This document shows, in pieces, positions 1-8,985 of a stretch of DNA of 64,000 bases (its first letter is position 1; every line of letters starts with the position of its first letter). Both the position numbers and the translations under genes were made by a program. Origin of the DNA: an uncultured virus (IMG/VR IMGVR_UViG_3300011867_000002). Taxonomy: Duplodnaviria > Heunggongvirae > Uroviricota > Caudoviricetes. The notes beneath the pieces were generated by a model. It did not search any database and had not been told where the DNA came from. It saw only the letters and a program-made list of their open reading frames with translations. The stretch covers positions 1 through 64,000 of IMG/VR virus record IMGVR_UViG_3300011867_000002, one strand, 5' to 3'.

Positions 1-40
1 CAATGTCCAAGAGTATCGCACTCGGTATGGCTTCAAACAT
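1..40 (-). CDS. Partial hypothetical protein, paralog family A (runs off window)
   Basis: ATG at 40 after a GGAGG RBS; translates MFEAIPSAILLDI, matching the family-A P-x-x-I-(I/L)-L-D N-terminus. Confidence 0.65.
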   Translation of the reverse strand, partial: MFEAIPSAILLDI

Positions 41-48
41 GTTCCCTC

Positions 49-414
49 CTAAATAGTAGACCGCAAGACCACATTGTAACCTTGCAGTTGGACGTACTCG
101 TAATAAAGTAGCCCATTTTGCAACAGACCATGTTGCTCGATCTTGTTGATCAATGCGTGGGCTATTTCAAATACGCCTTTCATGATCGCAGCACCTTTGG
201 GTGTGTCTTTGCTGATGTTGAGTGCACCGAGCAAATCCAAGCCGACTTCGTTGATGAAAATGTCTGCGGTCTCCCACTCTTCCAGAAGGTCGCAGAGCTG
301 CCTGACGATGGTTTCGACCAAAGTCTCATCCTCACTGACAAAATCGCCTACATAGTCCTGAAAACGCTCCAGAATGGCTTGTGTGTCGAGAATCACAAGT
401 GCCGGTTGATTCAT
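49..414 (-). CDS. Hypothetical protein, paralog family A
   Basis: MNQPALVILD...IAHALINKIEQHGLL; start moved to the second Met. Confidence 0.75.
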   Translation of the reverse strand: MNQPALVILDTQAILERFQDYVGDFVSEDETLVETIVRQLCDLLEEWETADIFINEVGLDLLGALNISKDTPKGAAIMKGVFEIAHALINKIEQHGLLQNGLLYYEYVQLQGYNVVLRSTI

Positions 415-827
415 CAAGCAGCCCTCGCTGTCTTGTCCCAATTAAGGGTCAATACCAGTAAGCCATTACGGGTACACTTCTCGAACTTATAGTGGAACTC
501 CCCGCCCATGGTACGTCGCAGTCCCGTATGGAGTTCGAGCTTCTTGTGCAGCTTGGCAGCAAAGTCGGTACAAGTAATGTAGAAGTCTAACCTAGCATCG
601 AACACATGGCGTTCAGTGTTGCGGCTGAGCACCGCCATTGAATTGCCACACATCGATGGAAACGATTTCTCCCAATCTTCACAACCGTTCAATACACACT
701 CCAACAGCTGCCGCTGGATGTTCCAAACATCGATCAGGCCCGACACCACTTCACCACCGGCTAAGCGATTACGAAACTCTTGGAGTTCGTGGTTCATGTC
801 GAGCACAATGTACTGTGGCGTCGTCAT
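414..827 (-). CDS. Hypothetical protein, paralog family A
   Basis: MTTPQYIVLD...FAAKLHKKLELHTGL; GGAGG RBS, coupled to upstream stop. Confidence 0.75.
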   Translation of the reverse strand: MTTPQYIVLDMNHELQEFRNRLAGGEVVSGLIDVWNIQRQLLECVLNGCEDWEKSFPSMCGNSMAVLSRNTERHVFDARLDFYITCTDFAAKLHKKLELHTGLRRTMGGEFHYKFEKCTRNGLLVLTLNWDKTARAA

Positions 828-1219
828 GCGGCCTCCTCGCTTGCTCCGTTGTGGCGCAACACCACGATGTTTTTGCAAGCGCGATAAAAGTGGTAAGGAA
901 GCGTTTCTTTCTCGTCAAGCGCAGGGTAATCGAACCCCATGCGTTTGACGCTTTCAATCATCCCCATGCCAAGGTTCCCGACTGCCATGGCAAACTTCTC
1001 CATCTCGGCATTGGGCATACGGTGACTCTGGCCGTGTTTCACCTTTCCCACATATTTCAAGAGGCTCGGGTAAGGTACAGCACGGTTCAGTGCACACGCA
1101 ACCAACTCCTTGCAGATCGCTACAGGTTGGTCAATGAGATAGGGGCTACTGTTGGCGTACTGTTGACGAAACTCGTCGAGGTGTTTTCCCACATCTAAAA
1201 TAATGACTTTTGGTTCCAT
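824..1219 (-). CDS. Hypothetical protein, paralog family A
   Basis: MEPKVIILD...LGMGMIESVKRMGF; GGAG RBS. Confidence 0.75.
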   Translation of the reverse strand: MEPKVIILDVGKHLDEFRQQYANSSPYLIDQPVAICKELVACALNRAVPYPSLLKYVGKVKHGQSHRMPNAEMEKFAMAVGNLGMGMIESVKRMGFDYPALDEKETLPYHFYRACKNIVVLRHNGASEEAA

Positions 1220-1225
1220 GGATTC

Positions 1226-1258
1226 TCCCTCCCATAGTTACTCCGTTTCAGTAATTTT
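1226..1258 (-). promoter_or_regulatory. Putative phage promoter, class II (TACTGA-N10-CTATGG)
   Basis: AAAATTACTGA-N10-CTATGGGAGGGAG, same spacing as the copy at 9731-9765. Confidence 0.55.
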
Positions 1259-1269
1259 CACCTCACTAG

Positions 1270-1305
1270 GGCATAAAAAGAGTGCGCACATGTCGCACTC
1301 TTTTT
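1270..1305 (-). terminator. Intrinsic terminator with TTTATGCC tail
   Basis: Stem AAGAGTGCG/CGCACTCTT flanked by A/T runs. Confidence 0.75.
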
Positions 1306-1704
1306 TCACACTTCGTGAAGCATGGCATCGATGGTCTTGTCGTACTTCAAGTACACCTGGCCATTAGGCATCCAGTTCCACGAATGCGGTATGTGGCGAT
1401 TCTTGGTATCGTACAAGCCATTCGCATTGAGGCGGTAGGCTACCTCCAACGCAAACGACTGCAATGCACAGTACACATTGTCAATCGCTACTCGGTTGTC
1501 GGCTACGATGTTGCTTGACTCGATCACGGACTCGATCATGTTGGGGATATACATGTCCATCTGCTCGTAATCGTGAAAACCCGACCACAATATTTCAATC
1601 GCTTCTCGTACCGTCATTCCCAGTACCGCCATGTACGGCGCAAGCTCGGATTCTAAGGCCCGAACTTGCTTAACGAGGTCTAAGATAATGACCGGCGGTG
1701 TCAC
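1306..1704 (-). CDS. Hypothetical protein, paralog family A
   Basis: MTPPVIILD...FALEVAYRLNANGLYD. Confidence 0.75.
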   Translation of the reverse strand: MTPPVIILDLVKQVRALESELAPYMAVLGMTVREAIEILWSGFHDYEQMDMYIPNMIESVIESSNIVADNRVAIDNVYCALQSFALEVAYRLNANGLYDTKNRHIPHSWNWMPNGQVYLKYDKTIDAMLHEV

Positions 1705-2093
1705 TGGGGCACCATGTCCCCGGTGCGGATGAAGTTGGCCACGATGTCCGCCACCTGGTTATTCGTGCGGCGATCCGTAGCGCCCAATCCTGCGACCGTT
1801 AAGTTCCCCATGCGTGCTGGTTGGAAGACCATCTGGCGCGATTCGCTTTTGCCGTCTGTGTTGCGGCAAAACAGCAGCACGCTCACTTCGTGCGTTTCGT
1901 GCGCCACGTCTTCGACCGGGAAGATCACGGCAGCACGGTCGAGTTGATCGAAGTCGATCTTGTGGACGATGTTGGCGTCGTAACCACGCATTACTACCGA
2001 CTTCTTGGAATCCAGTGGTAGCTTATTGACAACGAGCGTGTAAATCTTGTCGATCACGTCGCTGATATTAACCGACGTCTGGGGGGTGACCAT
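1701..2093 (-). CDS. Hypothetical protein, paralog family B
   Basis: C-terminal VADIVANFIRTG motif; AGGAG RBS. Confidence 0.7.
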   Translation of the reverse strand: MVTPQTSVNISDVIDKIYTLVVNKLPLDSKKSVVMRGYDANIVHKIDFDQLDRAAVIFPVEDVAHETHEVSVLLFCRNTDGKSESRQMVFQPARMGNLTVAGLGATDRRTNNQVADIVANFIRTGDMVPQ

Positions 2094-2586
2094 ATTGATT
2101 CTCCTTATTGGGTAAAAGGTCTTCTAACAGAAACTGAATGACATCGATCGGCAATGCCGCCATTTCTTTCAAGATCATGCCGTAAGTCACGGCGCGTAAC
2201 CGGGTCTTTTCACTGGCTTCTTTTGCTGTCCGATAGTGGGTATTGATCGGTTGCGTGTCCGGATTACCATTTATCTTGAGCGAGAGCGTGACAACATCGA
2301 AGACCTCATCCTCGCTTCCCAAAATCTGTACCAGTGCTTTGAGCTTTTCCGGGTCAGGCAATGCTTGGCCTTCTTCTTTTATGAAGATACACACGCCGGG
2401 GAGTTTGCCGCGCGCTGTCTCTACGTACAAATCATACCCGAGAGGCTTGCCTTGCGACGCGAGCATAGCTTTCATTTGTTTAAATGTTGCCACCACGCTC
2501 GCAAGGGCCTCCGTCACCGATAACGGAATGGGAGAGTGTGCTTTGCCCTTGATCTTGGCCATCATGTCGCCAAATTGCTTATCCAT
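2068..2586 (-). CDS. Hypothetical protein
   Basis: ORF in operon; start at MDKQF with GGAG RBS. Confidence 0.7.
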   Translation of the reverse strand: MDKQFGDMMAKIKGKAHSPIPLSVTEALASVVATFKQMKAMLASQGKPLGYDLYVETARGKLPGVCIFIKEEGQALPDPEKLKALVQILGSEDEVFDVVTLSLKINGNPDTQPINTHYRTAKEASEKTRLRAVTYGMILKEMAALPIDVIQFLLEDLLPNKENQYGHPPDVG

Positions 2587-2983
2587 GTGCTTTCTCCAAT
2601 ATGCGTTGTTCAAGACGGCTTTCCTTGATGAGGCTATTGATGAAGTCGAAGTCAGCTTTCGCTTCGGTGACTTCTTTCACCATCTGCGCGTCAAAGTCTG
2701 TCACGATCACCTTGGTGGCCGGGTCACGTTCAAAGATGGTCACGATCTTGCCAGCGATCGGATGGATCACGACCGAGAGGAGTTCACCAGTGACTTCGTT
2801 ATAGACCTCGGCAACGAACGCACCGTAGTGGTTACGGCGCATGTGCTTAAAAGCCAAGTCCATCGCGTTCTCGGGGTCTTTGGCACGGTTTTGCCAAATC
2901 AGGATTTTGGCGCTATGGCCATAGTAACTGGTGACGATAGGCCGCAGTTCAGGGTTCTTCGATTTCTTTTTGTTAGTTGCCAT
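2579..2983 (-). CDS. Hypothetical protein
   Basis: Start MATNKK after AAGGAA RBS. Confidence 0.7.
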   Translation of the reverse strand: MATNKKKSKNPELRPIVTSYYGHSAKILIWQNRAKDPENAMDLAFKHMRRNHYGAFVAEVYNEVTGELLSVVIHPIAGKIVTIFERDPATKVIVTDFDAQMVKEVTEAKADFDFINSLIKESRLEQRILEKAHG

Positions 2984-3009
2984 GTTCTTTATTCCTTCTT
3001 TTATTTGGT

Positions 3010-3513
3010 TTACAACGCTTCGAGTTGTTCTAGACCGACTTGCATGATGATGCAAGGATCAACGCCTTCTTCCTGTCCTTTCTTTAATTCTTCATTCACA
3101 TTCCTCGCAATTTTGGTAATCGCTAAGGCAGTACGCTCTGTGTCTAACGTATTGTCTATCAACTCTTTGGCTTTGGCGACAAAGGCTGCATTGATTTGTT
3201 TGAAACGCGCTCTGTTGCGCTCGACCGTTTGTTGCATGCGGGTGTCAATCGCACGGATCGCGCCGTTGAACTTATCAGCGTCACGTTCTTCGAGCGCAGC
3301 TTCAGCGTAGTTGCGCAAATCAATGGCGTCTCGTACCCAGACTGGATCATGTTCCATGCGAATGATGTCGTGCACGATAAGCTTGGCTCGGTTCATCCAC
3401 ATCTGTCCTACGAAGTGATCAGGATCATAGGCAATTTCCTTCTTCTTCCAGCGGAAGGCGTTCGCGAAGCCATCCACGAATTCGCCCAGGTTCTTTCTCC
3501 AGTCCATGGTCAT
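3010..3513 (-). CDS. Hypothetical helical protein
   Basis: 167-aa ORF in operon. Confidence 0.7.
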   Translation of the reverse strand: MTMDWRKNLGEFVDGFANAFRWKKKEIAYDPDHFVGQMWMNRAKLIVHDIIRMEHDPVWVRDAIDLRNYAEAALEERDADKFNGAIRAIDTRMQQTVERNRARFKQINAAFVAKAKELIDNTLDTERTALAITKIARNVNEELKKGQEEGVDPCIIMQVGLEQLEAL

Positions 3514-3521
3514 CCTTTCTG

Positions 3522-3836
3522 TTAAAACTTGAGCACGCCCACTTTGGTGGTTGCCCAGTATTCGGTGATGCAGGCGTCGCGCACGCGCACGATCTTGTAG
3601 CCGAGGTCGTTCATTTCCTTGGCGTGTTCTTCATTGAACGTGTGGCCGTTCGTGCCGAGGATGTAAAACGTCAGGTTCAGTTGCAGCGCGTGGAACAGTT
3701 GTCGGATTTCTTCGTTCAAGCACATCGCGCTCTTGAGTGCCTGCAAATCGTAGATGTTGTTGTTCTGAAACCAGGTGATGCCTTGGGTTGCTTCGAACTG
3801 TCGGAGTTGTTCCAACAGGGTGTCCAAACTGAACAT
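3522..3836 (-). CDS. Hypothetical protein
   Basis: 104-aa ORF, AAGGAA RBS. Confidence 0.7.
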   Translation of the reverse strand: MFSLDTLLEQLRQFEATQGITWFQNNNIYDLQALKSAMCLNEEIRQLFHALQLNLTFYILGTNGHTFNEEHAKEMNDLGYKIVRVRDACITEYWATTKVGVLKF

Positions 3837-3861
3837 GGGGTTTTCCTTTCATTGGTTAAAG

Positions 3862-3899
3862 AAAAAACGAGGATGGTTTGCCATCCTCGTTTTATGCCG
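3862..3899. terminator. Bidirectional intrinsic terminator
   Basis: AAAACGAGGATGG/CCATCCTCGTTTT stem; TTTATGCCG on the plus side. Confidence 0.75.
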
Positions 3900-3905
3900 G
3901 ACTAC

Positions 3906-5891
3906 TTAGCCTGCTTTCGTCCAGAACAGGTACTGGTCGAGTTTGCATTCGCCAGCTTCGTCGTCGAGAAGGATGTCGGTTACCATTGCACCCAGTCCGG
4001 TGACGACCACCGCCACACGTCCCGGATAGGCCAACTTAACCGCCTCGATTTCGGTTGGGTTCATCCCGTACGCACGATTGAGAGTTTCCGGTTCGAGCCT
4101 CTCGATATCGTGGTAAATATCGAGGATGGACGTTTGGCTCAAGGCCGCTTGTTGCTCGTCCGTGCGATGGTTATTACCCCATTCCTGCGGCACGCCTTCG
4201 TGCAGTGGCATGGTTTCTTTCAGGACCGGCAGATCGGCAATGGTTGCGACGTGGTTGGCCATCATGCGGCGCGCATCGTTATCGACCGCATCGAGCAGGG
4301 TATTGAGTTCAGCGTCGGCTTGCGCGGCGGCATCACTTCCTGCTTTCTCCGTGGTCGATTTTCCGAACTGTGTGATACCTTGGCCGTAGCTTGGCAGTTG
4401 GCTGGCGAGCACCACGCGCCACTCGGTCATGATTGCCTGGCGAAGGTCTGGGTCGCACAGTACTTCTGCTACCGAACCCGGCAAGGCGAACGGTCCACCA
4501 AAGTTCTCGTCGATTTCGAGGTAGGCGTCCAGCGTGTTTTCACCATCGTAAGCTCCCTTCGACAGTGGTTCATCGGTCAGACCAATGCGCAAAGCCGTGA
4601 GCACCCGGACCTTGACGTTGGCGTTCAAGGCTGCAATCACTGCCACACGCAGGATGTTGAATTCAGCTGGCCAAGGGGTTGGTTCTTCATAACCCTTAGC
4701 GACCAGCAGTTCCACGAAGACCCAGTGTCGCAGCATCTCTGGCTCGACACGAGTCCAGCCTTCTTCGCCCTTGATCTTCTTGTAGACATCGACGGTCGCT
4801 GGACCATAGCCCTGGGTTTCCTGTTGCAGGTTCTGGTACGAAGCCATCAGCTGTTCGGCGCGTTCTGGCGTCAAGTCGTTCGTTTCGTCTTTTGGCGCGA
4901 GACGGTACTTGACGTAGTCGTCGAACCAGATACCGTTGTGACCAGGAACCATGATCCAGCGGTGATCGAGATTGATGTCAGCCTCGGTGCCTGCGATATC
5001 GGTGACCGTGGCTTGGCAATTGCTCTCGTACGCCAGGATGAATGCCTGTGCTTCCAGTGGCGTCAAGCCAAACTCGGCCGGCAGCCGGTTAAGCTCTTTC
5101 AGCGCACGATACATGTCCGCAGCCGGCATGGTGTTGCGCGCCATGTCGGCCACGTTGGCACTCGTGCCGGTCCTGTAGATGCTGGTCTGGACAACCTTGC
5201 CGTGACGCGTCCATGGTTTTGCACGCATCGGCATATGCGCATGAAAGCCAGGATTGCGCAGTAATTCACCTGGGAACGGCGCAAACGCACGGCTTTGCAC
5301 TTGGACAGGTGGCCGCACCATGGCTGGCCGTGCTTGGGACATGCCTTCGCTGAAGTTCATCAGGTCAGGTTGGACCGGCGCCGACCCGCGTACTTGGGCA
5401 AACTTTGCCTGGGCCTCGTTGAGCTTTTGGTGAGCTTCTTCGAGTGCTGCGGCAGCTTCAGCGATATCGCGCTGGGCGTGGTTGTATTCCTGCGCCTTTT
5501 CCTTGAGGCGATCGTCGACAGGCAGGACGATGATGAACTTGGTGGCGGACCAGTCACCAAAACCATCGGGACCCGACAGTACCGCGTTCAGCACTTCGGG
5601 TGCGACGAACGTACCGTCGGCCATTTCGAGGGAAGCGCCTTGTGCTTTCAGCCCTTCGAACAGCTTCCAGGCGGTCAGGAAGCCTTCCGGACCATGCGGC
5701 ACGTTCAGGTGGTGCGTGCCGACGTCGTTCAGTTTTTTATCGGCAGCGCCGGTTTCCGGATGTTTGATTTCGCTTTCCTTGGCCCGCAGGTCATGTGCGA
5801 GTTCCGTGATTTCGTCTGCACGCAGGTCGGCCGGGGTTTCGAGAGCCGCTGCCGCACGGGCTAACAGGTTAGCCAATTCTTTGTTCGCCAT
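3906..5891 (-). CDS. Large hypothetical protein with a coiled-coil segment
   Basis: ~660-aa ORF from MANKEL; no motif recognised. Confidence 0.8.
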   Translation of the reverse strand: MANKELANLLARAAAALETPADLRADEITELAHDLRAKESEIKHPETGAADKKLNDVGTHHLNVPHGPEGFLTAWKLFEGLKAQGASLEMADGTFVAPEVLNAVLSGPDGFGDWSATKFIIVLPVDDRLKEKAQEYNHAQRDIAEAAAALEEAHQKLNEAQAKFAQVRGSAPVQPDLMNFSEGMSQARPAMVRPPVQVQSRAFAPFPGELLRNPGFHAHMPMRAKPWTRHGKVVQTSIYRTGTSANVADMARNTMPAADMYRALKELNRLPAEFGLTPLEAQAFILAYESNCQATVTDIAGTEADINLDHRWIMVPGHNGIWFDDYVKYRLAPKDETNDLTPERAEQLMASYQNLQQETQGYGPATVDVYKKIKGEEGWTRVEPEMLRHWVFVELLVAKGYEEPTPWPAEFNILRVAVIAALNANVKVRVLTALRIGLTDEPLSKGAYDGENTLDAYLEIDENFGGPFALPGSVAEVLCDPDLRQAIMTEWRVVLASQLPSYGQGITQFGKSTTEKAGSDAAAQADAELNTLLDAVDNDARRMMANHVATIADLPVLKETMPLHEGVPQEWGNNHRTDEQQAALSQTSILDIYHDIERLEPETLNRAYGMNPTEIEAVKLAYPGRVAVVVTGLGAMVTDILLDDEAGECKLDQYLFWTKAG

Positions 5892-5967
5892 AATTCTTTT
5901 CCTCTTTTCTTTAGTGTAATGAAAAACTACCAACGAGGGGCCGAAGCTCCCTCGTCCTTCAGTGGAA

Positions 5968-6828
5968 TTACGCGTTGTTGCGGGTGCCGTTGATCGTGTC
6001 CTTGGCCGTAGCGATGGCGTCAGCGTAGATGCGGCGGGCTTCTTGGTCGAGGTATTCGACAGGGATCAGGTTGACGACATGGGGTCCGCGGTTGTTGACG
6101 CAGAAACGGTAGGTCTTGCCGTTCTGTTGGAAGATATGGCTGAAGTTGCCATATTCTTGCCCAGCGCGCTGGGCGGCCATGGCGCGTTCTTCGTGGATTG
6201 CTTCTTCCGACAGGTCACCTATGCGGTAGAAGGCCAGATGCCCTTCGGCTGTATGGAGGTCGATACTGCCGATCTCACCGTCGCGCAGCGAGACCGACAT
6301 CGATGGCTTGAAACGTCCAGTCGCGATACCTGTCGGGGTCGTTTTGTTGAGTTTGTAGCCCACCAGTTCAGCTATGTTGGTGCGCAGCACGGTGGTCCAC
6401 ATGAGGCGCTTTTCGGCTGCCGGGATGAAGTTGCTCGGCGCAGACGGATGCATGGCCGGTGCAGTGTTGTAACCAGCCGAGTTACGTCCAGTGGCCAGTG
6501 ACGGAACGACGCGCTGGGCGTTCATCAGACGTGCCGGGTCGAACATGATCTCGCGGCCATCACCGATGGTGTTGATGATCTTGTCCATCGCATTGTCGAT
6601 CACGACGCTGAGGTCGAACTTCTCGCTGGGCACTTCGCCGACGTCGCCATACACGAGGACGGGGAAGATTTCACCGGTATGGGCGTCGACCAGGTGCTCG
6701 ACGTAGTCCGGCAGGTCGGCCAGGTATTGGATCGGATTGGCTGCCGACAGTCGCGCGAAGGTGAGGGTGGCGATGCCGCTCAGGTCAACGGTGCCGATGA
6801 CGTTCTTGATTTGACGTGCTTGGTTCAT
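5968..6828 (-). CDS. Hypothetical protein
   Basis: 286-aa ORF, GAGG RBS, GC3-rich codons. Confidence 0.75.
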   Translation of the reverse strand: MNQARQIKNVIGTVDLSGIATLTFARLSAANPIQYLADLPDYVEHLVDAHTGEIFPVLVYGDVGEVPSEKFDLSVVIDNAMDKIINTIGDGREIMFDPARLMNAQRVVPSLATGRNSAGYNTAPAMHPSAPSNFIPAAEKRLMWTTVLRTNIAELVGYKLNKTTPTGIATGRFKPSMSVSLRDGEIGSIDLHTAEGHLAFYRIGDLSEEAIHEERAMAAQRAGQEYGNFSHIFQQNGKTYRFCVNNRGPHVVNLIPVEYLDQEARRIYADAIATAKDTINGTRNNA

Positions 6829-6892
6829 GGTTCTTTTCCTCTTTTATTTAAAATGAAGACGACAAAAAAGGTAAGGAGGTTTTCCTTACCTA

Positions 6893-6920
6893 GCGGTGAT
6901 ATGCGACTGTAATTCTTTTG
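6893..6920 (-). promoter_or_regulatory. Putative early promoter, class I
   Basis: AAAGAATTACAGTCGCATATCACC; recurring intergenic motif resembling the phiKZ early TATATTAC core. Confidence 0.55.
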
Positions 6921-6921
6921 A

Positions 6922-7506
6922 TTACTCGTTCGGCTTGATTTCGTCGACGTGCGTTATCGACGCGCTGTCGTTTTCTGGCACCAGCTCCATGTGGCGCGTT
7001 TCCTCGTGCTGCCGAAGTACCAGTTGCCCTGGGTCTTTGTTCGCGTCGCCAGCAACGCCTGTGTCGCCACCCGTATCGAGACCCGGCGTCTGGCTGAACT
7101 TTTCGTTCAGCATTGCCTGTGCCGTCGGATTGCGGAGTGGTGCCACTGCATCGCCGTCCACGTGGGAGAGGTCTTTGCGGTCATTCCATTGGTAGTACTG
7201 GAAGCCGAGCGTGTGGCGCAGATGGCCAGTAAAACCGCGGTCTGGCTGTTCGTCGAACTTCAGAGGACCGCATTCGGTGATGACGACCGGACGACTGAGT
7301 ACCTGATCCATTTTGCCAGCCACGAGGGCGGCAGCTTTGTCCTTCATGTTTGCCGGACGTTCCTCCGGATAGATCACCTGAACGTTTTCGAACTTGGCTG
7401 TGTGCGTCAAGAGTTCAGCGATCAAGGTCAAGATCGCGGTCTTGCCCGATGCCACGGGGCCCGTGACGATGATGCGGATTGGTTCGTCTTGTTTGTTTTG
7501 GTTCAC
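6922..7506 (-). CDS. Hypothetical protein with N-terminal P-loop
   Basis: IIVTGPVASGKT Walker A; GTG start after AGGAG. Confidence 0.7.
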   Translation of the reverse strand: MNQNKQDEPIRIIVTGPVASGKTAILTLIAELLTHTAKFENVQVIYPEERPANMKDKAAALVAGKMDQVLSRPVVITECGPLKFDEQPDRGFTGHLRHTLGFQYYQWNDRKDLSHVDGDAVAPLRNPTAQAMLNEKFSQTPGLDTGGDTGVAGDANKDPGQLVLRQHEETRHMELVPENDSASITHVDEIKPNE

Positions 7507-7522
7507 GTTGTTTCTCCTTGCG

Positions 7523-8008
7523 TTAAGCCGGTGCGTTGCCGGTGTGGATGAAATTGAAAATGTCGACGGCGATGTTCGCTTCATCCAAGCGTGAGACATC
7601 GGTGGCATACATCGAGCTATTCGAAATACCTGCCGTCTTGCCGAGGTAGCGGCTCGGCTGGTAGTGGCGGGTCTTGGTGTCATACGACGCCATCGGCGTG
7701 TCACGCAGAATCTTCTCGCTCGGTGGCGCGACCTTCGGGTTGCGACGGTCCTCGTACGAGACGACCAGCGTTTCTTCCGGGTAGATGCTGTGCGACAGGC
7801 GCGCGCTCACTGCCGAGTACTGTGGATCAGCCAGTGGCGTGATGGCGTCGTCCGCGAACAGGAATTCCGTCACCTGGAAGTCTTGGCGGTGGTGCACCAA
7901 GAGTTTGCCTTTCGGATGCGCCTTGGCTTCCTCGATCACGGCGTTGATGATGGCACGCACCTGGGTTGGGATGTGGGCGTTGTTGTTGACTTCATTGACT
8001 TTCAGCAT
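7523..8008 (-). CDS. Hypothetical protein, paralog family B
   Basis: C-terminal IAVDIFNFIHTG. Confidence 0.7.
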   Translation of the reverse strand: MLKVNEVNNNAHIPTQVRAIINAVIEEAKAHPKGKLLVHHRQDFQVTEFLFADDAITPLADPQYSAVSARLSHSIYPEETLVVSYEDRRNPKVAPPSEKILRDTPMASYDTKTRHYQPSRYLGKTAGISNSSMYATDVSRLDEANIAVDIFNFIHTGNAPA

Positions 8009-8029
8009 GCTTCTTTTCCTTTCTTTCGT

Positions 8030-8431
8030 TTAGATAAATGCCGAGACGCTAACGTTAAAGCGTTTGGCGAGTTTGACAGCAACCTTCCTGCTAATGGGCC
8101 GTCGACCTGCGAGGATGTCGGAAACGTTGGAAGGCGAGGTAATGTCTGCCAAGTCCTTCTGACGTAACTTGTGGTCCTGAAGTAAGAAGCGCAAGACTTC
8201 TCGTGGGGGTGCATCGGGTAATGGAACGTTCTTGCTTTCCCAGCTTTCGATCAGCACGAGGACGACTTCGAACATCGAGAAAAGCGGATGCTCGATGTCG
8301 CCATCAACGGTGTCTGCTAACAGGTCTGCCACCCGTCGCATGACAGCATAGTCGTCTTCGTTTTTGATCACACGCATGGGCGCTAAGCGGGAGATCACCG
8401 CCCAGGCAGTTTGGATAGTACGCAGGTTCAC
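8030..8431 (-). CDS. higA: HigA-like antitoxin / XRE-family HTH protein
   Basis: IKNEDDY...LVLIESWE...PPREVLRFLLQDHKLRQKDLA...SNVSDILAGRRPIS...LAKRFNV is a typical HigA architecture; GTG start at 8431. Confidence 0.8.
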   Translation of the reverse strand: MNLRTIQTAWAVISRLAPMRVIKNEDDYAVMRRVADLLADTVDGDIEHPLFSMFEVVLVLIESWESKNVPLPDAPPREVLRFLLQDHKLRQKDLADITSPSNVSDILAGRRPISRKVAVKLAKRFNVSVSAFI

Positions 8432-8439
8432 GTTCGGCC

Positions 8440-8985
8440 CTATTTGTTGAAGTTGAGGGTCTCTTTGATCTGGAACTGCTTGATATTCATGTAGGCCATG
8501 CGCGCCGTGTAACGCTCCAATGCCTTGTCGGCCTCGGTCTGGCTTGCATGGCAGCTGATCAATAGGGTTTCGTCGGGGTAGTCGATGTCGTCGCGTACCG
8601 CCCAACCGATGACTTCATATTGCCGGCCTGCTTCGTTTTCGGGTACGTGGCGGGTACGCGCGTGGCGCCGGGTAATGATCTTGTGAAGCTTGTCAGCTTG
8701 ACTGTCGTCGAGCCGCATCGGTACTTCGAGATTGATGGTGTCAGGTTCAGCATCAACCCTCGAACCAGTTGCTTTGAACCTCGCCAACACTTCCTTGTGC
8801 TTGTCGGTCAGCTGGTCCTCGTAGTAGGGCACGCCATTGTTGTCCATCGCGCAATCTTCATCGACCCGTTCCGAATCGGTGGTTGCCATGCCGAAGGTGT
8901 ACCAGCCATAATAACACTGCGCAAGGGTGAGGCGGTCTTCACGCGACAGGGGTTTCTTTTCTTGCGTTTGTTCTTGGTTGCTCAT
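8440..8985 (-). CDS. Hypothetical protein
   Basis: 181-aa ORF coupled to upstream gene. Confidence 0.7.
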   Translation of the reverse strand: MSNQEQTQEKKPLSREDRLTLAQCYYGWYTFGMATTDSERVDEDCAMDNNGVPYYEDQLTDKHKEVLARFKATGSRVDAEPDTINLEVPMRLDDSQADKLHKIITRRHARTRHVPENEAGRQYEVIGWAVRDDIDYPDETLLISCHASQTEADKALERYTARMAYMNIKQFQIKETLNFNK

